Part shown: in pieces, positions 37,029 through 47,295 of the stretch
How positions within the stretch are numbered: the stretch's first letter is position 1
Layout: each line of letters begins with the position of its first letter
Source of the DNA: Candidatus Pacearchaeota archaeon
GTDB lineage: Archaea; Nanobdellota; Nanobdellia; Pacearchaeales; GW2011-AR1
Reading direction: 5' to 3'
Assembly (NCBI GenBank): GCA_026395815.1
Contig: JAPLXZ010000002.1
Coordinates: 1 to 63,790 of the forward strand
DNA: 63,790 nucleotides
The notes under the pieces: model-generated
Told to the model about the DNA's origin: nothing
Databases searched by the model: none
Seen by the model: only the letters and a program-made list of their open reading frames with translations
Translations under genes and position numbers: made by a program

Positions 37029-37973
37029 TTAGTATAATTCTTCTTTATACATTTTGTTAAAGATAATTTTTATGATTAAGAAAGATGATACAAATAGGAT
37101 TGTTGATAATAGTGGATTTATTAAAGCTAAGATAGATATTTGAAATAAAACAGTGCTTTCAAAATTTAATTCTAAAGATTTTTTGTAATTGACTGTACTC
37201 TTGGAGAACAGATAAGAAGTATATTGAGTTAGAATAAATGCAATAAAAACCAGAATTAAAAAGACAATATTAATCTCCAATGTCCATAATTCTAAAAGAA
37301 ATATGGTTATCAAGAATAAAAATGGAACCAAGTTCATAAAAGAATTAAGAAAGAATGGAGGTTTATGCGACAATATCACAACAAGGGTGTTTATATTCTC
37401 TTTTTTATCTCCTTTATAATCTTTAAAATAGGTAAAATAACACATGGCTGAAGAAGATAATGCAATAAGAAAGGCAGTACATAACAAGTTGAGATTGTTA
37501 ATAGATTGTGCGAGGCTTAAATCAGTTATTGCCAAGGCCCCATAAATTGGAGCCAAAGATATCATTAATCCAAACCATAAATTGCCTAAAAGAGGGATTC
37601 TTTTCAGATATTCATAAAGAAAATTTGCAAAATATCCTAAAAAGTAGATTACCAATGCATAGGGATTAAAAAAATAAGTTAAAATTGCTCCAAATATAAA
37701 AATAAAAATCGTAAGTATTATCGCTTTTCTCTTATTCAATTCTCCAGATATAGACGGCCTTTTTGGAGAGTTTATCTTATCTTCTTTTACTCCAATCAGA
37801 TCATTAATTACTTGATTAACACCGTAACTGAAAAATAAAAGAACTAATACAATTATTTTTTGCAATAAACTAACAGAACTTTTTACAAGAAGCATTCCGA
37901 TTAATCCTGCTATACCTGTTATAAAGAAAGTGTAGGGCCTCATAGACTTAAGATATGCCTTAATAAAACCCAT
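37029..37973 (-). CDS. UbiA-family prenyltransferase (DGGGP synthase/ChlG-like)
   Basis: MRPY, NQVINDLIGVKEDKINSPKRP, KDYKGDKKE; multiple TMs. Confidence 0.9.
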   Translation of the reverse strand: MGFIKAYLKSMRPYTFFITGIAGLIGMLLVKSSVSLLQKIIVLVLLFFSYGVNQVINDLIGVKEDKINSPKRPSISGELNKRKAIILTIFIFIFGAILTYFFNPYALVIYFLGYFANFLYEYLKRIPLLGNLWFGLMISLAPIYGALAITDLSLAQSINNLNLLCTAFLIALSSSAMCYFTYFKDYKGDKKENINTLVVILSHKPPFFLNSFMNLVPFLFLITIFLLELWTLEINIVFLILVFIAFILTQYTSYLFSKSTVNYKKSLELNFESTVLFQISILALINPLLSTILFVSSFLIIKIIFNKMYKEELY

Positions 37974-37975
37974 TT

Positions 37976-39292
37976 TTAATCGTATAACCCCATCTTTCTG
38001 TATAATAGCGTTTCTTCCCCAAAATCGAAACTATTTATTATTTTTTCAGATTTTTCTTTTGAGAGAGGAGTCAGTTTATTTTTTAGTTTTTTGAGTTCTT
38101 TGTTTATCTTATTATGCTCTGTACAACAAATCCAATTAGTTCTTGGTTTATCAAAAACTTTTCTCATTTTTTTATATATTTCCAAGAAATTTTCCTTCTT
38201 TATATTGCCAAAACTAACATTTACAAATTCACAGGGTTGAACATCGCCATTGCCATTTACATAAAATCTTTCTATTCCGCCTGCAGTGCAACCGAAATTG
38301 TTTTTTGTAGATTCCCAGACTTGAGAAGAAACAACAGGATAATCCTTATACTTTTTATTTAAGTTGTAGATTAAATGATAGTTATACAATTTCCTAAGAT
38401 ATTCTTTTTGCATGGTATCGTTCTTTCCAATCCATGCGCCAGCTGGTTTTTCATGTATTAATTGAACAATAGAACATCCAGTTTCTTTAGCAATTTGCAT
38501 TACCTTATCAAAACCATCATCCTTCAATAATTCCTGCGTTCCTACACAATTTATTGCTGTTGAAATTCCTGCTCTTTTAAACAGTTTTAAGGCACGAATA
38601 GCATCATCAAAAGAACCAATTCTTCCAGTGAATTCATCATGCTTTTTCTTATCCCAATGGTGAACAGAAATCATAACTCCAAAAACTCCAACCTCTTTCA
38701 TTTTTTTGGCTTTTTCTTCTGTTAAATTAAAACCAGAAGTGTTAACCCATACTTCAGCTCGATTATTTATAATTTTCATTACTTCAATCAGCCTGTCAAA
38801 TTTGATTAGGGGTTCTCCTCCTTCAATATTAATAAATGAGATTTTCAAATCCAATAATTGTCTAGTTAATTCCTTCAAATCTTCCAATGGAAGTTCTTTT
38901 TTAGTGTCAAATCTTTGATAACAATGCTTGCAATTATTTCTGCATCCTTTTCCAATAGACAATAAAACAGAAACAGGATTAAGATCATCTTTCCTTAAAA
39001 CTAAAAATTTGTCTAACGCTTTAAAAAAAGATTTTGTTGGAAATGCTGGAAAATAAATATGCATCTTATAAACACCAAGAGTTTTAACAACCTTATTGAC
39101 TTTAACTTTATTCAAAAATAAAAGAGCTCTCTTAAGAAAAATTGTATGCTGCTTTAAGGTTATTTTTTTAGATAATAATTTCCCTGTATATCTAAAGAAA
39201 ACATACATTTTAAGGTATTGAAAGAATAAAAATTTTTTATATCCAGTAATAAATTTGTTTTCGTAAGCATTCTTCATCTTATTTGATTTCAT
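37976..39292 (-). CDS. Radical SAM/SPASM protein
   Basis: CRNNCKHC, GGEP, C-terminal CTAGG..GDVQPCEF..CC. Confidence 0.92.
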   Translation of the reverse strand: MKSNKMKNAYENKFITGYKKFLFFQYLKMYVFFRYTGKLLSKKITLKQHTIFLKRALLFLNKVKVNKVVKTLGVYKMHIYFPAFPTKSFFKALDKFLVLRKDDLNPVSVLLSIGKGCRNNCKHCYQRFDTKKELPLEDLKELTRQLLDLKISFINIEGGEPLIKFDRLIEVMKIINNRAEVWVNTSGFNLTEEKAKKMKEVGVFGVMISVHHWDKKKHDEFTGRIGSFDDAIRALKLFKRAGISTAINCVGTQELLKDDGFDKVMQIAKETGCSIVQLIHEKPAGAWIGKNDTMQKEYLRKLYNYHLIYNLNKKYKDYPVVSSQVWESTKNNFGCTAGGIERFYVNGNGDVQPCEFVNVSFGNIKKENFLEIYKKMRKVFDKPRTNWICCTEHNKINKELKKLKNKLTPLSKEKSEKIINSFDFGEETLLYRKMGLYD

Positions 39293-40209
39293 TTTACTAA
39301 AATTTCTAATGTTCTTGGTATAACCTCTATTTTAGCAGGAAGATAGCCTCTAAAATCTCCATCAAATTCCAATTTTTCATTTCCAGTTCCCTGAATCTCC
39401 ACTTCTCTGCAAGATAATAATTTAGCTTTTGAATAATCCAAGATATTTCCAGCATAAAGCCTCCATAAGTTAGTCACTAAAGGAATTTTATGTTTCCCTT
39501 GAATAGATAATAAATACATTCTGCCATTGTTTTCAGGTATTTTTATAGGAACTCTCATTCCTGAAGCAAGATATGGGTCTTTTCCTACAGTCAAATTAAA
39601 AATATTTTCCATATCAATATTTCTTCCATCTACTCTCAAATTTAAATCAATTGGTTTGAAATCAACTAAAGAGACAATTGTAGCGCTTAATGTACCAAGA
39701 AAATCTCCCAAATATTCTCTATATCTTCCATTGGATTTTGAAGCTATAGAAGGACCTAAGCCCATATTAACACTGCTTCCAAAATAAGAAGTAATATCTC
39801 TTTTTCTTCTTAAATCTCTATGTGTTACCTTTCCTATATCTATATATCTTGTTTTTCCATTAATTAAAACGTCTATTGCTTCTTCAATTCCGTTTGGGAT
39901 TTTATGGTATCTATTAAAATCTGGGCTTGTTCCCACATGTAATGCACCCATCATTGGCCTAAATCTTTCTTGTTGAAGCATTAATCCTGTTATTACTTCG
40001 CAAATAGTTCCATCTCCTCCAACCGGAACAACTACATCAAAACTCTTTTTACTGACAAAATTTGCTAACTCTATTGCTTCATCTTTCCTAGTTGTTAAAA
40101 CATATTCAAAATCCACTTTTTTGCTGTTCAAAATAGAAATTATTTTTTCAAAATCTTTTTTACTTTTTCCTTGCCGAGAGATTGGATTATAAATTAAAAA
40201 ATATTTCAT
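39289..40209 (-). CDS. Diacylglycerol/lipid kinase family protein (DAGK/YegS-like)
   Basis: NPISRQG, VGGDGTICEV, GTSPDF, DIG, EFDGD. Confidence 0.92.
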   Translation of the reverse strand: MKYFLIYNPISRQGKSKKDFEKIISILNSKKVDFEYVLTTRKDEAIELANFVSKKSFDVVVPVGGDGTICEVITGLMLQQERFRPMMGALHVGTSPDFNRYHKIPNGIEEAIDVLINGKTRYIDIGKVTHRDLRRKRDITSYFGSSVNMGLGPSIASKSNGRYREYLGDFLGTLSATIVSLVDFKPIDLNLRVDGRNIDMENIFNLTVGKDPYLASGMRVPIKIPENNGRMYLLSIQGKHKIPLVTNLWRLYAGNILDYSKAKLLSCREVEIQGTGNEKLEFDGDFRGYLPAKIEVIPRTLEILVK

Positions 40210-40224
40210 TTTTTATCTCTTTTT

Positions 40225-42279
40225 CTACTCACTACTCTCCACTTGTGTTATTCCAGAAATTTTCTTAAACCTGATGACATTTTCTACAAAGCCCTCTATC
40301 TTTTGTTCGTGGGAGACGATGATAAGCTGTTTGACATTTAATTGCTGGAGGACATCACGCATTTTTTCTAACTGCTGCTCGCTGAAACCATCTGTTGGCT
40401 CGTCGAGGATAACAAGGTCTCGAGTTTTTATCTTGCTCATGAGGGAGTTAATTACTTGGTTGAGGGCGAGACGGTAGGCAAGGGCTATTGCGGTTCTTTC
40501 TCCTCCTGAAAGATATGCATAATCTAATTCATAATCCTGATTCTCAACTATAGGAGTGAAATCATCGCTGAGTTTTACATTAAAAGTGTCAGAAACAAGA
40601 GCATAAAACCATTCTGCAAACAATTTTGAGAATTCTACTTTAAGTTTTATCATGACATTTTTTTCAATAAAAGAAATAAGAGAAATAAACTGCTTTGAAA
40701 GCCAGTTTTCCAGTTCATTTATGTAATTCAATTGCTTCTTTATTTTTTCTGTTTTTATTATCTCTTCTCTTAGCTCTTCTATTTGGTTTGAAAAAACCTC
40801 TATTTCTTTTTTCAGCTCTGCAACCTTTATGTCTGCTATTCTTTCTTCTCTGAGTGCTGCGTCAAGTTCGGTCTGTTTAAGCTGAAAAAGATTTTCAAAT
40901 TTGCCATATTCTAAAATAGAAGAGGCAAGTATGTCTACATGCTCCTTCAAAAGCTGAATATCTTTTTCAAGAGAAGAATTTAGTTTTTCTATTTCTTGCA
41001 TATGCTCTTGCTTTTCCTTTAAACTCTCAAGCTTCATTTTTAATATTTTTAAGTCTGTAATTTTTCTTTCTGTAAAAGAGATGTCTGCTTCAATTTTTCT
41101 TAGTTTTTCCTCTACACTTCCTTTTTCTCTTTCCAATCCTTCCATTTCACGATTAACTTCTACTGTTTCAGAATGAATTTTATTAAGCACATTTGCTCTG
41201 TAAACAGCACTCACATTTTGCAGGCAAGTAGGACACATTTCCAAGTTTGATAATTTCTTATCAATCTTCTTGTTATCCTCATTTTTCATTAGTAGAGAAC
41301 TTATTCTTGAATTAATCTCTAAATTTCTTTGATTTAACTTGTCTTTTTCTCTTTTATTTATTAGAATAGTTTGCTCAAGTTTGGCTATCATTGATTCATC
41401 AAAAATAAATTCTTGAAGTTCTTTTATTTGGCTTCTTAAGGAGTATATTGTTTTTGTGTTTGAAGAGATTGTCTCGTTTTTATTCAGAATCATCAGCCTT
41501 GTCTTTTCAAGTTCAGACTGAAACTTGTTCTTTTGCTCTATTTTCTTTGAAATTTCCTCTCTTTCTTCCTGAATTTTTTTTCTTTTTTCTGTTTTCAAAA
41601 AAAGCTCTTTTTCAATAGAAGAAACATTAGACTGTTTTGCTTCCAGATCATTTTCCTTAGAAAGAAGATTGAATTTTATCTGGTCTAAATTTGCTGTCAT
41701 TCCTTCTCTCATTCTTCTTTCTTCCCTTAGCTTTAATGCTATTACTGAAACATTTTCAAGAACTTTTTTGTATTTGTCAATTCCGAAAATGTGCCTTAGA
41801 GTATTAAGCCTTGTTTCAGGCTCTTCTAAAATAATCTGCTTCATTTCTTCTTGAGGAGTGTAAACTGTGAATTTATAGAGGATGTTTTGTTTTTTTGCGA
41901 ATTCAGAAGGATAACTTAAAATCTCAAGAACCTTGCCCTTTAGTTCTGTAACAGACAACTCTTTTCTTTCTCCGTCAATTGAAATTGAACAGTAATCTTG
42001 GGAGATTGTCTTGCCTTTTTTTAATGTTCTTTCAATAGCAATCTCAGTTCCATCTACTTCAAATTCAATTTTTACAGAGCCTTCTTTTTTTCCGTTTCTT
42101 AATAATGCGCTCCCCCTTTGCCCTGGCTGCAGTCCAAATAAAGCAAATTCTATTGCCAAAAGAACAGAAGTTTTTCCTGAACCTATATCTCCTGAAAGAA
42201 GAGTAGAGCCTTCTGGGAAATTTATTTCTTGATGTTCATAACTTCTTATATTTTCAAGGGTTATTTTTTTGAGTTTCAT
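40225..42279 (-). CDS. rad50: DNA double-strand break repair ATPase Rad50
   Basis: GDIGSGKTS, Q-loop, CPTC zinc hook, LSGGE, ILDEPT, IVSH. Confidence 0.93.
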   Translation of the reverse strand: MKLKKITLENIRSYEHQEINFPEGSTLLSGDIGSGKTSVLLAIEFALFGLQPGQRGSALLRNGKKEGSVKIEFEVDGTEIAIERTLKKGKTISQDYCSISIDGERKELSVTELKGKVLEILSYPSEFAKKQNILYKFTVYTPQEEMKQIILEEPETRLNTLRHIFGIDKYKKVLENVSVIALKLREERRMREGMTANLDQIKFNLLSKENDLEAKQSNVSSIEKELFLKTEKRKKIQEEREEISKKIEQKNKFQSELEKTRLMILNKNETISSNTKTIYSLRSQIKELQEFIFDESMIAKLEQTILINKREKDKLNQRNLEINSRISSLLMKNEDNKKIDKKLSNLEMCPTCLQNVSAVYRANVLNKIHSETVEVNREMEGLEREKGSVEEKLRKIEADISFTERKITDLKILKMKLESLKEKQEHMQEIEKLNSSLEKDIQLLKEHVDILASSILEYGKFENLFQLKQTELDAALREERIADIKVAELKKEIEVFSNQIEELREEIIKTEKIKKQLNYINELENWLSKQFISLISFIEKNVMIKLKVEFSKLFAEWFYALVSDTFNVKLSDDFTPIVENQDYELDYAYLSGGERTAIALAYRLALNQVINSLMSKIKTRDLVILDEPTDGFSEQQLEKMRDVLQQLNVKQLIIVSHEQKIEGFVENVIRFKKISGITQVESSE

Positions 42280-42372
42280 CTTAAAAACCTACGGTTTTTC
42301 ATCCCTCAAGCGATTTTCTTTAATTGCTTCCAATGAAAATCTGCACAACATTTTATTTATCATTTTTAAAAG

Positions 42373-43533
42373 CTAAAATTTCAAAAGTTTTTTAGTTTCT
42401 TCCAAAAGCCTGCTATTGAAGCTTTCAATTTTCTCTCCTTCTTGCCTTTCAATAGCAAGAGTGTTGATGAGTTGAGGAATAAATTTATTGAAATCCGAAG
42501 GATTTTGACCTGAATACAAATTTATTGTTTCATCTTCAACATTGTCTATGTCTTTAACTTCAATTTCCATTTCAACTTCTTTTGTTTTCAGATCATGAGT
42601 GTTTTTCAGAAGAAAATAAGCCTTCTTCTTTGTTGCGAATTCTTCTATCTGGCTGAATTTGATGTCTGAACTAGTTCCTGTTTCTATCTCCCCCCTTACT
42701 CTTAAAAGGACAATCTTGTCTTCTACCTCTCTCTTTTCTATTTCAGATATTATTTTTTCTGTTGCAGTCAAAGCATTTTTTGTTTCAACGTCAATGGAAA
42801 CTACGTCTTTTATTTTAAGTTCCACTTTCTGCAATGGCTCGTCTGAATTTGTATCAACAATGTAAAATCTTCCGTATTGCAAGTCTTCTAATTCCTGAAA
42901 ATTGTTTGGGAAAATAGGACCTGGATAAACAAAATTTTCGTATTGAAAGTCTATATGTAAATGACCGAGGGCATAATAATCTGCTTTCGGAAGAAGTTCA
43001 GTTTCAATTGAATCTACAGGCAAAGTTCCTTTTGCTTTGTCTATTGTTGTGTGCAGCATAAAAATTTTAAACATTCCAGGAGAATCATTAAATCTAAGTT
43101 TTCTTAAGTCTTGTATTTCCAAGCCAGATTTTTTTCCTGGGTAGCCATAAATAGCAATATTGTTGTAAACTGTAGGATTTAGGATAATTGTATCTTGGTT
43201 TTCTTCTATATTCATTACATTCGTGCAAAAGCCTGCTTTTTCCAAAACATCAAGAAAAGTCTTGCCTGATATGGAATAATCATGGCTTCCTGCTATAATA
43301 AAACATGGAATCCGAGCCTCCTTTAGTTTCCTAAACTCTGAAAAAGTCTCTTTCAAGATTTCTATGGAGGGATATGCTGAATCAAACAAGTCTCCTGAGA
43401 TAAGGATGAACTCAACTTTCTTTTCAATGCAAATTTCAATTGTTTTTCTAAAAGACTGGAAATTCAGCTCCTGCATTGACTGTTGTTTCCATCCTCCTAA
43501 ATGAACATCGGAAATATGCGCAAACCTTACCAT
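42373..43533 (-). CDS. mre11: DNA repair nuclease Mre11
   Basis: DVHLG, GDLFD, GSHD, LGHLH; upstream of rad50. Confidence 0.93.
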   Translation of the reverse strand: MVRFAHISDVHLGGWKQQSMQELNFQSFRKTIEICIEKKVEFILISGDLFDSAYPSIEILKETFSEFRKLKEARIPCFIIAGSHDYSISGKTFLDVLEKAGFCTNVMNIEENQDTIILNPTVYNNIAIYGYPGKKSGLEIQDLRKLRFNDSPGMFKIFMLHTTIDKAKGTLPVDSIETELLPKADYYALGHLHIDFQYENFVYPGPIFPNNFQELEDLQYGRFYIVDTNSDEPLQKVELKIKDVVSIDVETKNALTATEKIISEIEKREVEDKIVLLRVRGEIETGTSSDIKFSQIEEFATKKKAYFLLKNTHDLKTKEVEMEIEVKDIDNVEDETINLYSGQNPSDFNKFIPQLINTLAIERQEGEKIESFNSRLLEETKKLLKF

Positions 43534-43639
43534 GGTAAGACACCCTTTTTATTATTGTTTTCCATATTCATCCTTAAAAAAGTTTATAATGTTGAAAAAA
43601 TATAATCCTATATAAAATTGATTGTGATAAAAATACAGG

Positions 43640-45133
43640 ATGAAATTAACAATCTTATTCGGTGGAGAAGCTGGACAAGGACCTAATCTGCTTTCTAATA
43701 TTCTTGGAAAAGCACTTATAAAAAAAGGGTATTATGTCTTTGTTTCAAGAGAGTACCAATCATTGATAAGAGGAGGACATAACTTCAATGTTTTAACTTT
43801 TTCAGACAAGCCAATCCACAGCAACGAGAGCAAGTTAGACATGATTATTGCCTTAGACGAGAACACAGAAAAAATCCATAAAAAAGAGCTGAAATCAAAG
43901 GGGATGGTTTTGAAAGGGCATGATGAAAACATGTATTATGCAGGAGCACTTTTCAAACTTTTATGCCTGGATTTCAAGGGATTAGAAGAAGAACTCAAAG
44001 AACTGGAAAAAAAGTTTGAAGAAAATATGAAAGAAGCAAAAAAGGGATATGAAGATGAAAAAAAGAATTTTTGCAAGGTTGATTTTCTTGAGAAAAATAA
44101 AAATGTATTTATAAATGGAAATAAAGGAATAGCAGAAGGCGCAATAAAATCAGGGCTAGATATATATTATGCATATCCTATGACTCCTGCAACACCTGTG
44201 CTAGGGGAATTAGCTGAAAATCAAATTGAAAATAATATTCTTGTTTTGGAAATGGAAAATGAAATTTCTGTGATTAACACTGCTATTGGAAGTGCAATAA
44301 CAGGGGCAAAAATAATGATAGGAACATCGGGAGGAGGATTTGATTTAATGACGGAAGCACTTTCTTTAAGTGGAATGGCTGAAGTTCCTCTTGTTGTTTA
44401 TTTAAGCCAGCGTCCTGGGCCAGGAACAGGAATTGCAACAGGAACAGGACAAGGAGATTTAAGCATGGCAAGACATTCAGGACACGGAGAACTTAATAGA
44501 GTTGTTTTAACTCCTGGAGATCCTAAAGAAGCAGAAGAATTAGTAAGCCAAGCATTTTACTTTTCTCAAAAATTTAAGATTCCTGCGATTATTTTAAGTG
44601 ACAAGCATTTAGCAGAAAGCATTTACACTATTGCAGAAAATCCGAAAATCACAAAATCAGAAAAATCAACAAAACTCGAAAGGTATAACAGTTATGAAAA
44701 AGACGAGTATGGAAGCGCAACAGAAAATCCTGAAATCGTAAATAAAAATGTTGAGAGAAGAATAAAAGAAGGAAAAGAAATTGAAAAAGAAGCAGAAAAA
44801 TTCGAGCAATTCAAGATTTATGGAATAAAAAATGTAAAGAACATTGTTGTTTCTTATGGGAGTACAAAGGGAGCAATTCTCGACGCTGTTGCTAATTTAA
44901 AATTATCTTTCATGCAGATTTTGTATGCAGAACCTTTTTCTAAAAGCGTAAAAAAAGAGCTTGAAGGAAAAAATATAATTTTAGTTGAGAACAATGCAAC
45001 AGGACAGCTAGGAAAATTAATTGCTGAAAAGACAGGAATACTAATTCCAGACAATAACAGAGTATTGAGATATGATGGAAGGCCATTTTTGCACGATGAA
45101 TTAAAAAAAGAAATTGAAAGGAGATTGAAATGA
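43640..45133 (+). CDS. korA: 2-oxoacid:ferredoxin oxidoreductase alpha subunit
   Basis: GGEAGQG, YPMTPAT, TSGGGF, QRPGPGTG, VENNATGQL. Confidence 0.93.
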   Translation: MKLTILFGGEAGQGPNLLSNILGKALIKKGYYVFVSREYQSLIRGGHNFNVLTFSDKPIHSNESKLDMIIALDENTEKIHKKELKSKGMVLKGHDENMYYAGALFKLLCLDFKGLEEELKELEKKFEENMKEAKKGYEDEKKNFCKVDFLEKNKNVFINGNKGIAEGAIKSGLDIYYAYPMTPATPVLGELAENQIENNILVLEMENEISVINTAIGSAITGAKIMIGTSGGGFDLMTEALSLSGMAEVPLVVYLSQRPGPGTGIATGTGQGDLSMARHSGHGELNRVVLTPGDPKEAEELVSQAFYFSQKFKIPAIILSDKHLAESIYTIAENPKITKSEKSTKLERYNSYEKDEYGSATENPEIVNKNVERRIKEGKEIEKEAEKFEQFKIYGIKNVKNIVVSYGSTKGAILDAVANLKLSFMQILYAEPFSKSVKKELEGKNIILVENNATGQLGKLIAEKTGILIPDNNRVLRYDGRPFLHDELKKEIERRLK

Positions 45134-45975
45134 CGCAAAAAAACACAAACTTATCAACACCAACACCAGTGACATGGTGTCCTGGATGCTTTAATTTTCA
45201 GATATTTGCTGGAGTGAAAAATATTATTTCCGAGCAGATAAAAGCAGGAAAAAATAAAGAAGATTTTGCAATTGTTACAGGAATAGGATGCCATGCTAAA
45301 ATATTTGATTATCTAAATCTGAATGGGATTAACACATTGCATGGAAGAGTTCTTCCTACTTGCTTAGGAATGAAAATTGGAAATCCTAATCTCACTGTTC
45401 TTGGTTTTTCAGGAGACGGAGATGCTTACGCAGAAGGAATGGAGCATTTAATTCACATGGCAAGATACAATGCAGATTTAAAATATTTTGTTCATGACAA
45501 TCAGGTATTTGCTCTTACAGTAGGCCAGCCAACACCAACAACAGAAATAGGATACAAAGACAAGACAACTCCTCTTGGTGTTAAGCTTCATCCTATAAAT
45601 CCTATAAAATTAATGTTGGCAAGTGGAGCAAGCTTTGTTGCGAGAGTTTTTGCTGAATCAAAACAAGTAGAATATGTTTTAAGAGAAGCATTGAAGCACA
45701 AGGGATTTGCATTCATTGAAGTTCTACAACCTTGCCTGATATTTCATCCCGATTCATCTTACAAAAGCAAAACATATTCTTTAGAAGAAACCAAGCATGA
45801 TAAAACAGATTTCAAGCAAGCATGGGAAAAAGCGCAAGAGTTCGATTACAATATAGCAAATAAAATTCCTGTTGGAATTTTCTATCAAAAAGAAAAACCT
45901 GTTTTTGAAGATTTATATTATCAGCTTGCTGAATTAAAAAAGAAAAAGAAAAGCTGGAAGGATATTAGAAGATAG
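45130..45975 (+). CDS. korB: 2-oxoacid:ferredoxin oxidoreductase beta subunit
   Basis: WCPGC, GIGC, LHGR, GDGD TPP motif, QPC. Confidence 0.93.
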   Translation: MTQKNTNLSTPTPVTWCPGCFNFQIFAGVKNIISEQIKAGKNKEDFAIVTGIGCHAKIFDYLNLNGINTLHGRVLPTCLGMKIGNPNLTVLGFSGDGDAYAEGMEHLIHMARYNADLKYFVHDNQVFALTVGQPTPTTEIGYKDKTTPLGVKLHPINPIKLMLASGASFVARVFAESKQVEYVLREALKHKGFAFIEVLQPCLIFHPDSSYKSKTYSLEETKHDKTDFKQAWEKAQEFDYNIANKIPVGIFYQKEKPVFEDLYYQLAELKKKKKSWKDIRR

Positions 45976-45983
45976 TTGTATAT

Positions 45984-46053
45984 ACGCTCGGCTTCGCCTC
46001 GCTTAAGATATTTCTCGCAACAAGTTGCTCTAAATTGATAGAATAATTAATGA
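45984..46053 (+). repeat. Dispersed ~70-bp REP/MITE-like hairpin element, copy A
   Basis: 62/70 identical to 56425..56494 by manual alignment; begins acgctcggcttcgcctcgcttaagata. Confidence 0.9.
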
Positions 46054-46079
46054 GAATAAAAAGAAGTGATGATAATTCC

Positions 46080-46652
46080 TTAAGGGCAGGTGGGCGGGGT
46101 GATGGGGGTGGGCTTGAGCTCCCAAACACAAATCTCTTCAAAAAACAATTTCTTTTTTTCAAGAAGCCTTTTTTTGTATCCCTTGAAATTTATTCCTTTT
46201 GTAAAACTGCTTGTCAGCAAAAATATTTTTCCATTTTTATCCAAATAATTTTTTGCCTGTTCTAAAAATTTGTTAATTGTTTCTGAGCCTTTTTTTCCTC
46301 CTGTTGTAGCTATCCTTGAATCTCTTGGCTCTTTTGAATCTTCTGGAAGATAAGGAGGATTGAAGATTATTAGACTAAATTTCATTTCTTTTTTGAAATT
46401 TTCAAACAAATCAGAATGAATGCAGTTAAATCCTAAAGATTTGCAATGAGAAACTGCTTCTTGGTTTATGTCAGAAGAAAAAATATTTTCTTTTTTAATT
46501 CTTAAATCCAAAGCAGTTTGCAAGTGGATTCCATTGCCTGTTCCTATTTCCAAAAATTTCAAATCGGGATTTTGCTTAATTAATTCTGGAAGATTGTTCT
46601 CTAAAATCTTTGACATTAAATAAGAATCCTCTGCAGGAGAATAGATTGACAT
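46080..46652 (-). CDS. HemK2/MTQ2 family methyltransferase
   Basis: IYSPAEDSYL, LEIGTGNG, FNPPY, GGKKG, LFFE; Pro-rich non-native-looking tail. Confidence 0.92.
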   Translation of the reverse strand: MSIYSPAEDSYLMSKILENNLPELIKQNPDLKFLEIGTGNGIHLQTALDLRIKKENIFSSDINQEAVSHCKSLGFNCIHSDLFENFKKEMKFSLIIFNPPYLPEDSKEPRDSRIATTGGKKGSETINKFLEQAKNYLDKNGKIFLLTSSFTKGINFKGYKKRLLEKKKLFFEEICVWELKPTPITPPTCP

Positions 46653-46702
46653 TTTATTTTCTTAATTAGTTTTTTAATCAGTTTTTCAATTAGTTTCCTA
46701 AT

Positions 46703-47254
46703 TTAGCTAAACATATTACTGACAAAATTAACTAGCTGTTCTCTAAAAATGAATATTGTCGCGAGAAGCCCGACTAAAAAGACTAAGAGAAATATTAATA
46801 CATAAATCATTGTTTTGTTCCTTTGAGGTTCTTGGCCATAACTTGAAACTCCTGTAGGATATTGCTGGGGGGGAGTTGTCTGAGTTGGATAAATGTAATA
46901 TGCCTGCGCTGGAAATTGCGGAGCAAATTTTTTTGGTGGTGGTTGCACAACAGGCTGTTGAATTTGAGGTTGGAGCTTAGGTTCTTCTTTTACAACAGGT
47001 TTAGGCTTCTCTACTTTTTGCTGAACTACAGGAGTAAGAGTTGGTTGATCCAATTTTGGCTTGACTAATCTTTCTTCCTTAGTAACTGGCTTTTTTGGAC
47101 GTGGTCCTGGCTGGTAATCTTTCAAAAGAGCTGCAGCCTCGGAAATTTCCTCTCTTTTATATCCTGCATTATAAAAAGTCATCATTGCTCTTTTCAAAGT
47201 TTCTCCTCTTTCAAGCGCACCTCTTAATCCACAAAAAATTTCCACGTTTACCAT
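46703..47254 (-). CDS. Hypothetical tail-anchored membrane protein
   Basis: N-terminal helical domain (ALERGETL..NAGY), Pro/Gln-rich linker, C-terminal TM. Confidence 0.75.
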   Translation of the reverse strand: MVNVEIFCGLRGALERGETLKRAMMTFYNAGYKREEISEAAALLKDYQPGPRPKKPVTKEERLVKPKLDQPTLTPVVQQKVEKPKPVVKEEPKLQPQIQQPVVQPPPKKFAPQFPAQAYYIYPTQTTPPQQYPTGVSSYGQEPQRNKTMIYVLIFLLVFLVGLLATIFIFREQLVNFVSNMFS

Positions 47255-47295
47255 TTTATATGTTATAAATTAAAGAAACCTTGATTTATAAAAAT

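Noticed and set aside
45965-46265. ORFs 45965..46162 (-) and 46050..46265 (+)
   Set aside because: They overlap hemK and the repeat/G4 elements; incidental open frames
46664-46702. Three imperfect 12-bp tandem repeats (aattagtttttt-like) upstream of hemK
   Set aside because: Short AT-rich slippage-type repeat with no supportable function
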